Source: Bacillota bacterium (GTDB taxonomy: Bacteria > Bacillota > Clostridia > Ch29). Taken from it: DNA of 64,000 bases. The position numbers and the translations under genes were made by a program. The notes under the pieces are model-generated. The model made no database searches, was not told the DNA's origin, and saw nothing but the letters and a program-made list of their open reading frames with translations. Location: positions 21,469-85,468 of the forward strand of contig JAXGPT010000001.1 in assembly GCA_040766775.1 (NCBI GenBank), given 5' to 3'. Below, piece by piece: positions 55,479-64,000 of this stretch (the stretch's first letter is position 1; every line of letters starts with the position of its first letter).

Positions 55479-56208
55479 TATTGGCATGTTCAGTTGGGTT
55501 TATTTCAGGCATGTCATCCCAGGTTTTCCCCAAAAGTTTCCGGCCATTTTTCTTTTTATTTGTCCCACCCCATTGTTTAAAATAAAAATAGACTTTTTGC
55601 TGTTCACATTGGTTCTTTATATTTAAAATCCAATCCTCTTCAATCTTTCTACAATTAAATCCGCTTTCTCCTCCTACAATAACCCAATCTATACTACTAA
55701 GATTGACACTACCGACATCTCCAATAAGCGGCTCAAAAGATACAAATTTTATTCTTGCGGGCACTCTTTTTAGAAGCTCTATCCTGCTTTTATATTTTTC
55801 GCTTTCCACAGTTACACCCTGCCAGATGTTAGGGCTCCAGTTAAGCTGCTCTGAAATCGAAACCAAACGCTCGGCTCTTTTGGTCAATATTTGAAAAGTA
55901 TGCCATGTTGCCTGATTCATAATATCAAATACTTGCTTAATAAAACCAATTGGTACTTCTTCATGAAAAAGGTCCGACATGGAATTAACAAAAATTAAAG
56001 ATGGTTTATTCCAATTCAGTGGTTCTGTGAGGCAGTTTTTATGTAGAGTGACTTTAAAACCGTTGACATATTTTCTATTCCCCATTCCTTGTAGTCTTTT
56101 CGCCATTCTATAAGCATAACAATTTTGACAGCCGTCGGAGATTTTTGTACACCCTGTTACGGGGTTCCAGGTATTTTCCGTCCATTCTATTTTTGATTTA
56201 AGAGCCAT
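55462..56208 (-). CDS. DUF5131 / phage Gp37-Gp68 family protein with N-terminal three-Cys motif
   Basis: IEWTENTWNPVTGCTKISDGCQNCYA (C-x6-C-x2-C), ...WVIVGGESG..., ...FYFKQWGG...; ATG 56208 behind GGAAAGGGGA. Confidence 0.85.
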   Translation of the reverse strand: MALKSKIEWTENTWNPVTGCTKISDGCQNCYAYRMAKRLQGMGNRKYVNGFKVTLHKNCLTEPLNWNKPSLIFVNSMSDLFHEEVPIGFIKQVFDIMNQATWHTFQILTKRAERLVSISEQLNWSPNIWQGVTVESEKYKSRIELLKRVPARIKFVSFEPLIGDVGSVNLSSIDWVIVGGESGFNCRKIEEDWILNIKNQCEQQKVYFYFKQWGGTNKKKNGRKLLGKTWDDMPEINPTEHANIKPPR

Positions 56209-56224
56209 TTTAATTCCCCTTTCC

Positions 56225-57049
56225 TTATTCAACTATATGGGTCAAAATGTGATCGGCAGCTTTAAGAGACAATCGAATAGCGGTATCAGAAGGATTGCTG
56301 ACACAAAAACAGATCAAAAATAACGGCGCTCTCTTTTCCACATTGGTCAATATCTTTGCATTGTCTGACACGCCAGGAAACACAGTTTTTAGACGCCTTA
56401 TAATGTATTCCCGTATAGAATCAATAGAACACTTTTCAAGGTTTTTATTATCTAAAAAAGATAGTTGTCGTGATTCTCTGTATAATTCTTTGCGCCAGTC
56501 GTCAGTGCCCAACAGTATATTAAGCTTTTCTTCGTAGCTATCCGGTATTCTTCTATCTCTGCGAAGCAATCTATTCATTGCCATTAAGGGGAACAGGTAC
56601 CAAACATCAAAGGCTTCGGTTTGAGCTATCACCTTTAAGGATTCCCATCTTAATTCCATTGCAAAAGGGTCTATGAATATAACACCTCGCCATCCCTCTT
56701 TTTTCCATTGGACGGCGCTTAATGTTTTTAAAAGTTCATTGCAGTCACCCTGCATAATAACAACACTTTTATGTTGATGTTTTTTTGAGATTTCTTTTTT
56801 TAATGCGGTGATATAACTTTGTTCCTTTTCAAAAAAGTAATACTCATGAAACGGATAATCCAATGCCCTGATGGCAGAACCGGGTATTGCTATTTCTCCC
56901 CTGATATCGATTTTACCGCTTCCGGCAAATGCATCTATATAACATAGTTTAAATGGTTGGTTTTTCAAAGCTGTGGTGTAAAAATTCAAGTACTTTTCTA
57001 ATACCTCCAGTTTAATTAGTGTCCAGAGGCCGCCGAATCTCTGTCGCAT
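56225..57049 (-). CDS. tcmP: three-Cys-motif partner protein TcmP (methyltransferase-like fold)
   Basis: GGLWTLIKLEVLEKYLNFYTTAL, YIDAFAGSG, FFEKE, QGDCNELL, IFIDPF; ATG 57049 behind GGAGGTG. Confidence 0.8.
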   Translation of the reverse strand: MRQRFGGLWTLIKLEVLEKYLNFYTTALKNQPFKLCYIDAFAGSGKIDIRGEIAIPGSAIRALDYPFHEYYFFEKEQSYITALKKEISKKHQHKSVVIMQGDCNELLKTLSAVQWKKEGWRGVIFIDPFAMELRWESLKVIAQTEAFDVWYLFPLMAMNRLLRRDRRIPDSYEEKLNILLGTDDWRKELYRESRQLSFLDNKNLEKCSIDSIREYIIRRLKTVFPGVSDNAKILTNVEKRAPLFLICFCVSNPSDTAIRLSLKAADHILTHIVE

Positions 57050-57090
57050 TTCAGCACCTCCAAAATACGAACACATGTTTCTCTATATAT

Positions 57091-57119
57091 ATAATAACTT
57101 ATTTTAATCATTTATTCAA
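57091..57119 (-). promoter_or_regulatory. candidate promoter of the tcmP-DUF5131 pair
   Basis: Minus strand TTGAAT (57119-57114) - 17 nt - TATTAT (57096-57091). Confidence 0.45.
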
Positions 57120-57370
57120 CATTTTTTAGAAATAATGTTATATATAACAAGGCTTCAACATCTGAGGGTTTGCAGTAATCTATGTACAACGCACTAATAG
57201 TATTACATTCCTTTATATTTTATTAACAGGATGCGAAAATCCGGAGAAACTGTAACACTAGGAGGTATAAAGCTCTAAATGCGTTATATAGGATATGAAT
57301 AATAGTAGCTGAGCTATCCAGCGTTATAGTAACTTGTGGTTATTGCAGAAAATAGCGTAATACAAGGCTG

Positions 57371-57399
57371 TTGGCGTTTGACGGTGCTTTTGGTATAAT
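57371..57399 (+). promoter_or_regulatory. candidate promoter of the DUF503-nth unit
   Basis: TTGGCG (57371-57376) - 17 nt incl. TGG - TATAAT (57394-57399). Confidence 0.5.
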
Positions 57400-57413
57400 T
57401 ATACTATACTTCT

Positions 57414-57711
57414 GTGGGGGTATTGGCGATATGTATACCGGGATATGCAGTGCTTGATATAATACTATATGATTCAGGGATGCCTAAAGGACAGGAGAAG
57501 GATACTAAAAGCATAACCCGAGATCAGGAACAAGTTCAACGTATCGGTATCCGAAGTTGGAGAGGGCGACAAATGGCAGACCGCATCCATCGGGTTTTCC
57601 ACCGTCTCCAACAAGGCGGCACAGGTGGACAGGGTGATGGATGAGGTTATAAGGTTTGTGGAGACCGACGGCCGGATTGAAATAGCCCGGTGCCGCAAGG
57701 AAATGGTTTGA
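57414..57711 (+). pseudogene. DUF503 (YlxP-like) protein; frame broken as assembled
   Basis: ...GYAVLDIILYDSG / LKDRRRILK / EIRNKFNVSVSEVGEGDKWQTASIGFSTVSN... matches the DUF503 pattern but needs 2-3 indel corrections. Confidence 0.65.
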
Positions 57712-57732
57712 ATACAGCACAGGAGGACCATA

Positions 57733-58373
57733 ATGGGACAAAGGAACGAAGAAGATATAAGGAGAAAGACGGTACTGGATATCCTGGAGAGGACTTACCC
57801 GGACGCAACCACCGAACTGGTGCACAAAAATCCCTACCAGCTGCTTATAGCGACCATGCTTTCAGCCCAGACTACCGACAAGCAGGTGAACAGGGTAACA
57901 CCGGAGCTTTTTAAAAGGTTTCCGGATGCCAAGGCCCTTGCGGAGGCGGATATAGGCGAGATTGAGAGCCTTATAAAAACCTGCGGGTTTTATAAAACCA
58001 AGGCAAGGAACATAAAGGAAGCTTGCCGCGTTATAGTGGAGGAATATGGAGGAAAAGTTCCGCAAACCCTGGAGGAGTTGACGGCCCTTCCGGGGGTGGG
58101 CAGGAAAACGGCAAACGTGGTGCGAGCAACGCCTTCGGCGTGGACGCCATAGCCGTCGACACCCATGTATTCAGGGTGGCCAATAGGCTGGGGCTGGCGC
58201 AGTCGGGGGATGTGAGGGGCACCGAGGAACAGCTGATGGAAAACATCCCCAGGGAAAAGTGGTCCCGTGCACACCACTGGCTGATTCATCACGGCAGGAG
58301 GATATGCAAAGCCAGGAGACCCAAGTGCGCCGAGTGCCCGCTGGCGGAAGTTTGCAGATCTGAAGCGGAATAG
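57733..58373 (+). pseudogene. nth: endonuclease III; one frameshift near 58120 as assembled
   Basis: HhH LPGVGRKTANVV, then (other frame) VDTHVFRVANRLGL and 4Fe-4S CKARRPKCAECPLAEVC. Confidence 0.88.
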
Positions 58374-58386
58374 TAACGGCTGTCGC

Positions 58387-58422
58387 GTAATCAAAAGAAC
58401 CGTCCCTATGATTGCTATGATT
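58387..58422 (-). repeat. dispersed intergenic repeat, copy D (reverse orientation)
   Basis: Reverse complement reads CCAATCATAGCAATCATAGGGACGGTTCTTTTGATTAC. Confidence 0.8.
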
Positions 58423-58435
58423 GGAGGGGTGGGAA

Positions 58436-60373
58436 ATGGTAAACACGATATTCGCGCTGGATATAGGCACAAGGACGGTGGTGGGGGTGCTGGCCCGGGG
58501 CAGTGCCGACCGGGACCTGCTGGAGATTATTGATATGGAGGTTATGGAGCAGCGACCGGAGCATGTTTGACGGGCAGATACACGATATCCCCAAGGTAAC
58601 CGAAGTGGTAAAAAGCGTAAAAACCGACCTGGAGAACAGGAACAACTGCCGGCTGCAGCATGTATCGGTGGCGGCGGCAGGCAGGGCCCTCATTACCCAC
58701 AGGGTGAGGGTAACAGAAAACGTCGAAGGACGGGAGCCGGCGGATTCCACCTTTATAAACAGCCTGGAGCTTAAAGCGATGCAGGAAGCGCAGCAGCAAA
58801 TACAGGATACATACAAGGACAATTCGCAGCACTACTGCGTGGGATACAGCGTCGTGGACTACTACCTGGACGGGGTGCCCATAAAAAGCCTCGAAGGCCA
58901 CAGGGGCCATGAAATGGGCGTGGAGGTTATAGCCACCTTCCTGCCGCGGTCGGTGGTGGAAAGCCTCTACGCGGTTATGGAAAGGTCCGGCCTCGAGGTT
59001 ATAAATCTTACGCTGGAACCCATAGCGGCCATTACGCTGGCCATCCCGGAAAAGCTGCGATGCTGAACCTTGCCATGGTGGACATAGGCGCCGGAACGTC
59101 AGATATCGCGATATCCCGAAACGGCAGCATTTCCGCCTATGCAATGGTATCCATGGCCGGGGACGAAGTGACCGACGAAATAGCGCAGCATTTTTTGCTG
59201 GACTTTCAAAGTGCCGAAGGGGTGAAAAGAAAGCTTTTCTCGGGGGCTTCTTCGACCGTTTGCAGGGATGTAATGGGAAACCAGCTTACAATAAGCCGGG
59301 AGGAACTGTGCGAAATAGTCCGACCGGTGGTGGAAAGGATTTCCCACAGTATTGCCGAGAGCATTATAGAATACAACCAGGGACCGCCCAAGGCGCTGTT
59401 TTGCATAGGGGGCGGCAGCCTTACCCCGGGTATTAAAGAGTGCCTGCAATCCCGCTTGGGGCTTCCCGAAAGCCGGGTGGGCATAAAGGGCCTGGAGGAC
59501 AATGAGAGGCTTATGGTTTCGGTACCCGGTTTTACGGGGCCCGATTATATAACCCCTGTCGGGATTGCGCTGGCGGGATACAGGGCCGCCGGGGACCATT
59601 TTGCCGATGTTACCGTCAACGGCAAGGGCCTTCGGCTTCTAAGAACAAGGAGGATTACCGTAAGCGATGCACTTTTGTCCATTGGTTTTTCTCCGAGGAA
59701 GCTGATACCCGCAAGGGGAGAGAGCATCAGTTTTTACATAAACGGCCGGGTAAGGGAAATAAAAGGGGAACCGGGCCGGCCCGCGGTTATCAGGCTGAAC
59801 GGGCAGCAGGCCGGCCTTGATTCCGAGCTGAAAAACGGCGACGTGGTGGAAGTAACCGAGGCCGCCGCCGGCAGCCCGGCAAGGCCCACGGTGGCGCAGG
59901 TAATACAAAAAGAATCCTGCCGGGTTACGCTGGAGGGCAAAGAAATTGCACTGCCGGTCAAGTGGACTTTAAACGGTAAAGAGGCGTCCGCCGATGAGGT
60001 TATAAACGACGGGGACAGGCTGGATATTACACGCATAAATACTTTAGGAGAGTTTATAGAAGCATGCGGCCTTCCGAAAAAAGGATATGTCTACAGCATA
60101 AACGGCCAAAGAGCGGACTTTGCGCAGCGGCTTAACGACGGGGACAGCATTTCCCTTAGGGAAGAAACCCGGGACAGGGTAATAACCGTCATGGTGAACG
60201 GCAAAAGGGTGGACCTTCCGTTCAGGGAAGAGCCGTACATATTCGTGGACCTTTTCAGGTACATGGACTTTGACGTGGAAAGGACAAGGGGTAGAATACA
60301 GCTTGCCATAAACGGCAAAAAAGCGGGATATACAGATATAATCAGGGAAGGGGACAGCATAGAAATAATGTAA
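58436..60373 (+). pseudogene. actin/FtsA-like ATPase with three C-terminal ThiS/MoaD-like modules; 2 frameshifts (about 58550, about 59060) as assembled
   Basis: ALDIGTRTVVG, MVDIGAGTSDIAI, FCIGGGS phosphate motifs; C-terminal repeats ending ...NGDVVEV / ...DGDSISL / ...EGDSIEI. Confidence 0.75.
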
Positions 60374-60392
60374 TCATGGGGACGGTTCTTCT
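60371..60392 (+). repeat. dispersed intergenic repeat, truncated copy E
   Basis: TAATCATGGGGACGGTTCTTCT starting on the TAA stop of the actin-like gene. Confidence 0.7.
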
Positions 60393-60579
60393 TAAAGCCG
60401 GAAGCCCATGGTCTTATGTATTTATAAAGCCTGACAGAGTGAAGAGGGTCAACTTGGGCTAGGTTTGGGGCAGTAATTCCTGTTGAGGCAGGAATTTTCC
60501 TTTTTGCAAAGAAATTCTTAATGTATGTCGTAAGAAGACTTATGTATCATACAAAAATGACGGATGGGAGTAGAGGCTT

Positions 60580-61257
60580 ATGAATGGACCCCTGTATCAG
60601 GTGAAGGTGAAGTGCCCGGTCTGCGGGGCATCCTTTAATACCAGCCGGGTAAGGAGTAAAAGCTGCATCGTGGAGGGCAGGGATACGGATTTTTGTGTAT
60701 ACTATAAGGAGTGCAACCCCATATATTACGAGGTCGCCGTGTGCAGGCACTGCGGCTACGCGGACATGTACAGCCGGTTTGATGAAATAGACCCGGAGGA
60801 TGCGGGCATTGTACGGGCAGAGATTGAGGGAAAATGGAACGGCAGGGACTTTGGCGGTGAAAGGACCATGGAGGACGCATTGGACTCTTACAAGCTGGCG
60901 CTGTTTTGCGCCCAGCTGCGAAAGGGCACCCCCGCCGGGGCGCTTGCGTCCATTTGCATGAGGCTGGCTTGGTTATACAGGATGAAAGGGGATGCCAAGG
61001 AGGAAAAGAGGTTCCTAGCCCATGCGCTGGAACAGTACATGGAGCTCTATGACAGGGGCAGGACACCCGAAAAGATGGACGAAATAACGCTTGTTTACCT
61101 TATAGGGGAGTTAAGCCGCCGGCTGGGCAAGGGAAAGGATGCGGTGGTGTGGTTCAACAGGGTTGTATCCCATGAAATGAGCAAACAAAAGCCCTTGATA
61201 GTGAGAATGGCAAGGGAGCAGTGGTCGCTGGTAAGGAATACAGGGCAGGAGGTGTGA
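60580..61257 (+). CDS. DUF2225 domain protein (zinc ribbon + TPR-like helical domain)
   Basis: CPVCG ... CRHCGY ribbon, helical C-terminal two thirds. Confidence 0.7.
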   Translation: MNGPLYQVKVKCPVCGASFNTSRVRSKSCIVEGRDTDFCVYYKECNPIYYEVAVCRHCGYADMYSRFDEIDPEDAGIVRAEIEGKWNGRDFGGERTMEDALDSYKLALFCAQLRKGTPAGALASICMRLAWLYRMKGDAKEEKRFLAHALEQYMELYDRGRTPEKMDEITLVYLIGELSRRLGKGKDAVVWFNRVVSHEMSKQKPLIVRMAREQWSLVRNTGQEV

Positions 61258-61262
61258 GAGGG

Positions 61263-61793
61263 ATGGAACAAAGGATTGTTTACTGCCGTTTTGATACTGC
61301 AATAGGTCCAATGCTGGCGGCGGAGGGTCCCCCATGGGCCTTTGCAGGTTGTGCCTCCCGGGAGAGGGCGAGGGTTTTTTTGACTGGGCGGCCAAGAAGT
61401 ACCCGGGGGCTGTTGTGGAGGAAGGCTGCAGCGAATTGTTAAGAAGTACCCGGCAGCAGCTTGAGGAGTACCTTTCGGGTGCAAGAAAGACCTTCTCGGT
61501 AACGCTGGACCTAAAGGGAACGGTATTTCAAAGGAGGGTATGGCATATACTTATGCAGATACCCTACGGAGGCACTGCCAGTTACAAGGATGTTGCAGTG
61601 ACTGCCGGAAGCCCTGCCGCCGTCAGGGCGGTGGGCCAGGCGAACAACAGGAACCCGGTGCCGATTATAGGCTCCCTGCCACAGGGTGGTGGGCAGCGAC
61701 GGAAAGCTGGTGGGGTATGGCGGGGGGCTGGACATTAAACGCCGCCTCCTGGAGCTGGAGGGAATTAAGGTGCGGAAGGAAAGCATAATATGA
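61263..61793 (+). pseudogene. ogt: methylated-DNA-protein-cysteine methyltransferase; at least 2 frameshifts as assembled
   Basis: ...FQRRVWHILMQIPYGGTASYKDVA...; active-site [25 protein letters not shown] only after a frame correction. Confidence 0.8.
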
Positions 61794-62342
61794 GAAAGGG
61801 CCTTGTATATGTTACCGGGGGTGCCCGCAGCGGTAAGAGCACCTTTGCGGAAGGGCTCATGATGGAGCAGGGGCACAGGATTTTATACATAGCCACCGCC
61901 GTCCCCTTCGACAATGAGATGAGGGACAGGATAAAAAAGCACCGGCAGGAAAGGCCCTCTTTTGGCGCACCCTTGAAGCCTACAAGGGTATAGGCAAAAG
62001 CCTTGAAGACAGGGGGGAACGTTTCCACGGTATACTGTTGGACTGTGTTACCGTTATGATAACCAACCTTATGATGGACATGGGCTTTGACGAAGAGGAG
62101 TTTACCCCGAAAGGACAGCCCGGATGGAGGCACAGGTGATGGCGGAGGTGGATTCCGCGATCTCGGGAATAAGGAAATGGGCAGATTTGGGCGTAATAGT
62201 ATCCAATGAAGTGGGGATGGGGCTGGTGCCGGAAAGCCCATTGGGAAGGATTTTCAGGGACATTGCCGGCCGGGTCAACCAGCATATAGCCGCTGAAGCG
62301 GACAGCGGGTACCTGCTGGTTTCAGGCATCCCCCTGAGCTGA
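61790..62342 (+). pseudogene. cobU: adenosylcobinamide kinase / adenosylcobinamide-phosphate guanylyltransferase; frameshifted as assembled
   Basis: P-loop GGARSGKS, ...IATA.PFD.EM..RI..H...R..., C-terminal VSNEVGMGLVPESPLGRIFRD in another frame; ATGA overlap with ogt. Confidence 0.8.
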
Positions 62343-62473
62343 AGTAAGTTTTCACCGGCGAAGTGCTTTATATGGACGGCCGGTTTTAAAAAACCCTCGT
62401 GCCGGAGGCCCTTGAAACCGGAGGGGCTGTTTCCGATGTTTGCATGGAGGGCAAAAAGCGAGGATGGTAAAAC

Positions 62474-63015
62474 ATGGCGAGAAAAACTCTTGAAAGGGTC
62501 TTATACAGGTATATACGGGAGACGGCAAGGAAGACCACTGCGGCCCTGGGCCAGGCCCTAAGGTCGGTGGGCGCCGGTTACAGGGTGTACATGGTCCAGT
62601 TCTTAAAGGGCGGAAAAACAGGGGAGCTTGAAGCCGCCAGGAGGCTGGAGCCGGACTTTAAAATTTTCCGTTTTGAAAAGGAGAGGGTTTTTTCTGGACG
62701 CTGGACCAAAGGCAGAAGGAGGAACTTAAGGCGGAAGTTAAGAAAGCCTTTGAATTTGTAACCGACGTGGTACGGCAGCAGAGCTGTGACATCCTGATAC
62801 TGGACGAAATAATGGGTATACTGCATAATGGACTTTTAACCGAACAGGATATTTGTGAACTGTTGGAACAAAAACCGGATAAAATGGAAATAATACTAAC
62901 CGGTAGGAATGTCCCGGACAGGATAAAGGAAATGGCCCACCTGGTGACCGACATGAAAATGATAAAGCACCCCTTTGAACAGGGTATTGGCCCCCGGGAA
63001 GGGATTGAATTGTAG
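62474..63015 (+). pseudogene. cobO: cob(I)yrinic acid a,c-diamide adenosyltransferase (CobO/BtuR type); frameshifted as assembled
   Basis: KGLIQVYTGDGK / GKTTAALGQALR / ...ILILDEIM...EIILTGRN... in shifting frames. Confidence 0.8.
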
Positions 63016-63016
63016 C

Positions 63017-63760
63017 ATGAAAGGGTTTATTGCGATACTTCGGTTTACAACAAGGCTGCCCATTCCCCAACGGGAGGACACCACCGAAAGGGACCTTTTA
63101 GGGGGCATAAAGTATATGCCTCTGGCGGGGGGCATCATTGGGGCGGTGGCGGCCCTTATATACAGGGCCCTTTATGGTTTTGACCCCGCGGTGGCGGCCA
63201 TAGCGGCGGTGCTGTCGGAAATCGTAATAACGGGGGGCCTTCACCAGGACGGCCTGGCGGACACCTTTGACGGCCTGTACAGCGGAAAGGACAGGGAAGG
63301 GACGCTGGAGGTCATGAAGGACAGCAGGCTGGGTACCCATGGCGTCCTGGCCCTTACCGGGGCGCTGCTTTTAAAGGTGGCCCTTGTAAATGCACTCAAA
63401 GAGCCGGGGGCACTGCTTGCGGCGCCGGTGTTTTCAAGGCTTGCGATGGTTTATGGTGCCGCGTTCTCAAGGAGTGCCAGGCAGGCGGGGCTGGGATGCT
63501 TGTTTATAAACGGCACATCCGGCCGGGATGCCCTGGCCGCCGGCCTTATAGCAGCGGCTATAAGCCTTTATGCCGTTGGAGCCGCTGTAACGGCTGCCGC
63601 CAGGGTAGTTTCGCCGGCAATTGCCCTTGCCGTCGTAAAGCTTTGCAGCCGGAGGATAGGCGGCATGACGGGGGATACGTTGGGGGCCTTGGGTGAAATA
63701 GCCGGGTTGGGCTTTCTGGTTGTTTACTGTGTGGTCATTGGTATTGCAAAATTAGTGTAA
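63017..63760 (+). CDS. cobS: adenosylcobinamide-GDP ribazoletransferase (cobalamin synthase)
   Basis: Polytopic, ...GGLHQDGLADTFDG... signature. Confidence 0.9.
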   Translation: MKGFIAILRFTTRLPIPQREDTTERDLLGGIKYMPLAGGIIGAVAALIYRALYGFDPAVAAIAAVLSEIVITGGLHQDGLADTFDGLYSGKDREGTLEVMKDSRLGTHGVLALTGALLLKVALVNALKEPGALLAAPVFSRLAMVYGAAFSRSARQAGLGCLFINGTSGRDALAAGLIAAAISLYAVGAAVTAAARVVSPAIALAVVKLCSRRIGGMTGDTLGALGEIAGLGFLVVYCVVIGIAKLV

Positions 63761-63814
63761 ATGAGAAATGCTTATTCTTTAAACCCAGTTAAATCAGTAG
63801 AAGGTGGTATTGGG

Positions 63815-64000
63815 ATGTTGGAGCTAATAATTGTAAGGCACGGGGAAACCGAGGGCAACAAGAAAAGGATATACCAAGGGTGGACGGATACCGAACTCAA
63901 CCAAACCGGCCTGCGCCAGGCCCAGCGCCTTGCGGAAAGGCTTAAGGACAAGGACCTGGACATCATATACAGCAGTCCGCTTAACAGGGCGCTGGCAACG
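63815..64000 (+). CDS. cobC: histidine phosphatase family, alpha-ribazole phosphatase-like (3' end outside window)
   Basis: LIIVRHGETEGN catalytic RHG motif; position after cobS. Confidence 0.75.
   Translation, partial: MLELIIVRHGETEGNKKRIYQGWTDTELNQTGLRQAQRLAERLKDKDLDIIYSSPLNRALAT

Noticed and set aside
55462-57049. Prophage remnant, because DUF5131 is named 'phage protein Gp37/Gp68'
   Set aside because: There are no other phage genes, integrase, att-like direct repeats or tRNA nearby. The block is just the two-gene module plus non-coding AT-rich DNA.
57120-57370. Mini-ORFs (15 aa and 7 aa behind an AGGAGG) or an ncRNA in the AT-rich spacer next to tcmP
   Set aside because: They are too short and unconserved to call from sequence alone. 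I found no obvious stable structure. I note it only as part of the inserted block.

Overview
64-kb chromosomal segment from a moderately GC-rich Firmicute (Clostridia-like). All family calls come from reading the translations and motifs by eye; no searches were run.

The backbone is housekeeping with Bacillus/Clostridium-type synteny:
- tal/fsa, glpX, rho, then a convergent aminotransferase
- rpmE, DUF1385, prmC, prfA, ZIP transporter, tsaC, LMW phosphatase, rpiB, upp, tagO-like, wecB
- a 9-gene V/A-type ATPase operon, an atpZ-like gene, ywmB, murA
- later: FMN riboswitch-ribU, nitroreductase, phosphodiester glycosidase, APC permease, UbiA prenyltransferase + SagB-type dehydrogenase, HAD, DsrE-like, fba, MCP, DUF421/DUF4363, rluA-like, queG, B3/4, htrA, kbl, DUF503-nth, a large actin/FtsA-like protein, DUF2225, ogt, and cobU-cobO-cobS-cobC

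Two visibly AT-richer inserts stand out:
1. About 25.3-36.7 kb: a 10-gene catabolic island. It holds two ornithine-cyclodeaminase/mu-crystallin paralogs, a fused L-Ser dehydratase, an opine dehydrogenase, GntR, TRAP DctQ/M/P, and an orphan GrdE-like/GrdB-like pair. The GrdB-like gene carries an in-frame UGA read as selenocysteine.
2. About 55.45-57.4 kb: a two-gene TcmP + DUF5131 (phage Gp37/Gp68, three-Cys) module of unknown function.

Also notable:
- A dispersed intergenic repeat family anchored on stop codons.
- A 77-nt degenerate tandem repeat.
- 24 genes by my count, including essential prfA, are broken by small indels. I read these as assembly (homopolymer) errors rather than decay. They are typed 'pseudogene' only because the frame is broken as assembled.

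No rRNA, tRNA, CRISPR array, transposase or integrase was seen.
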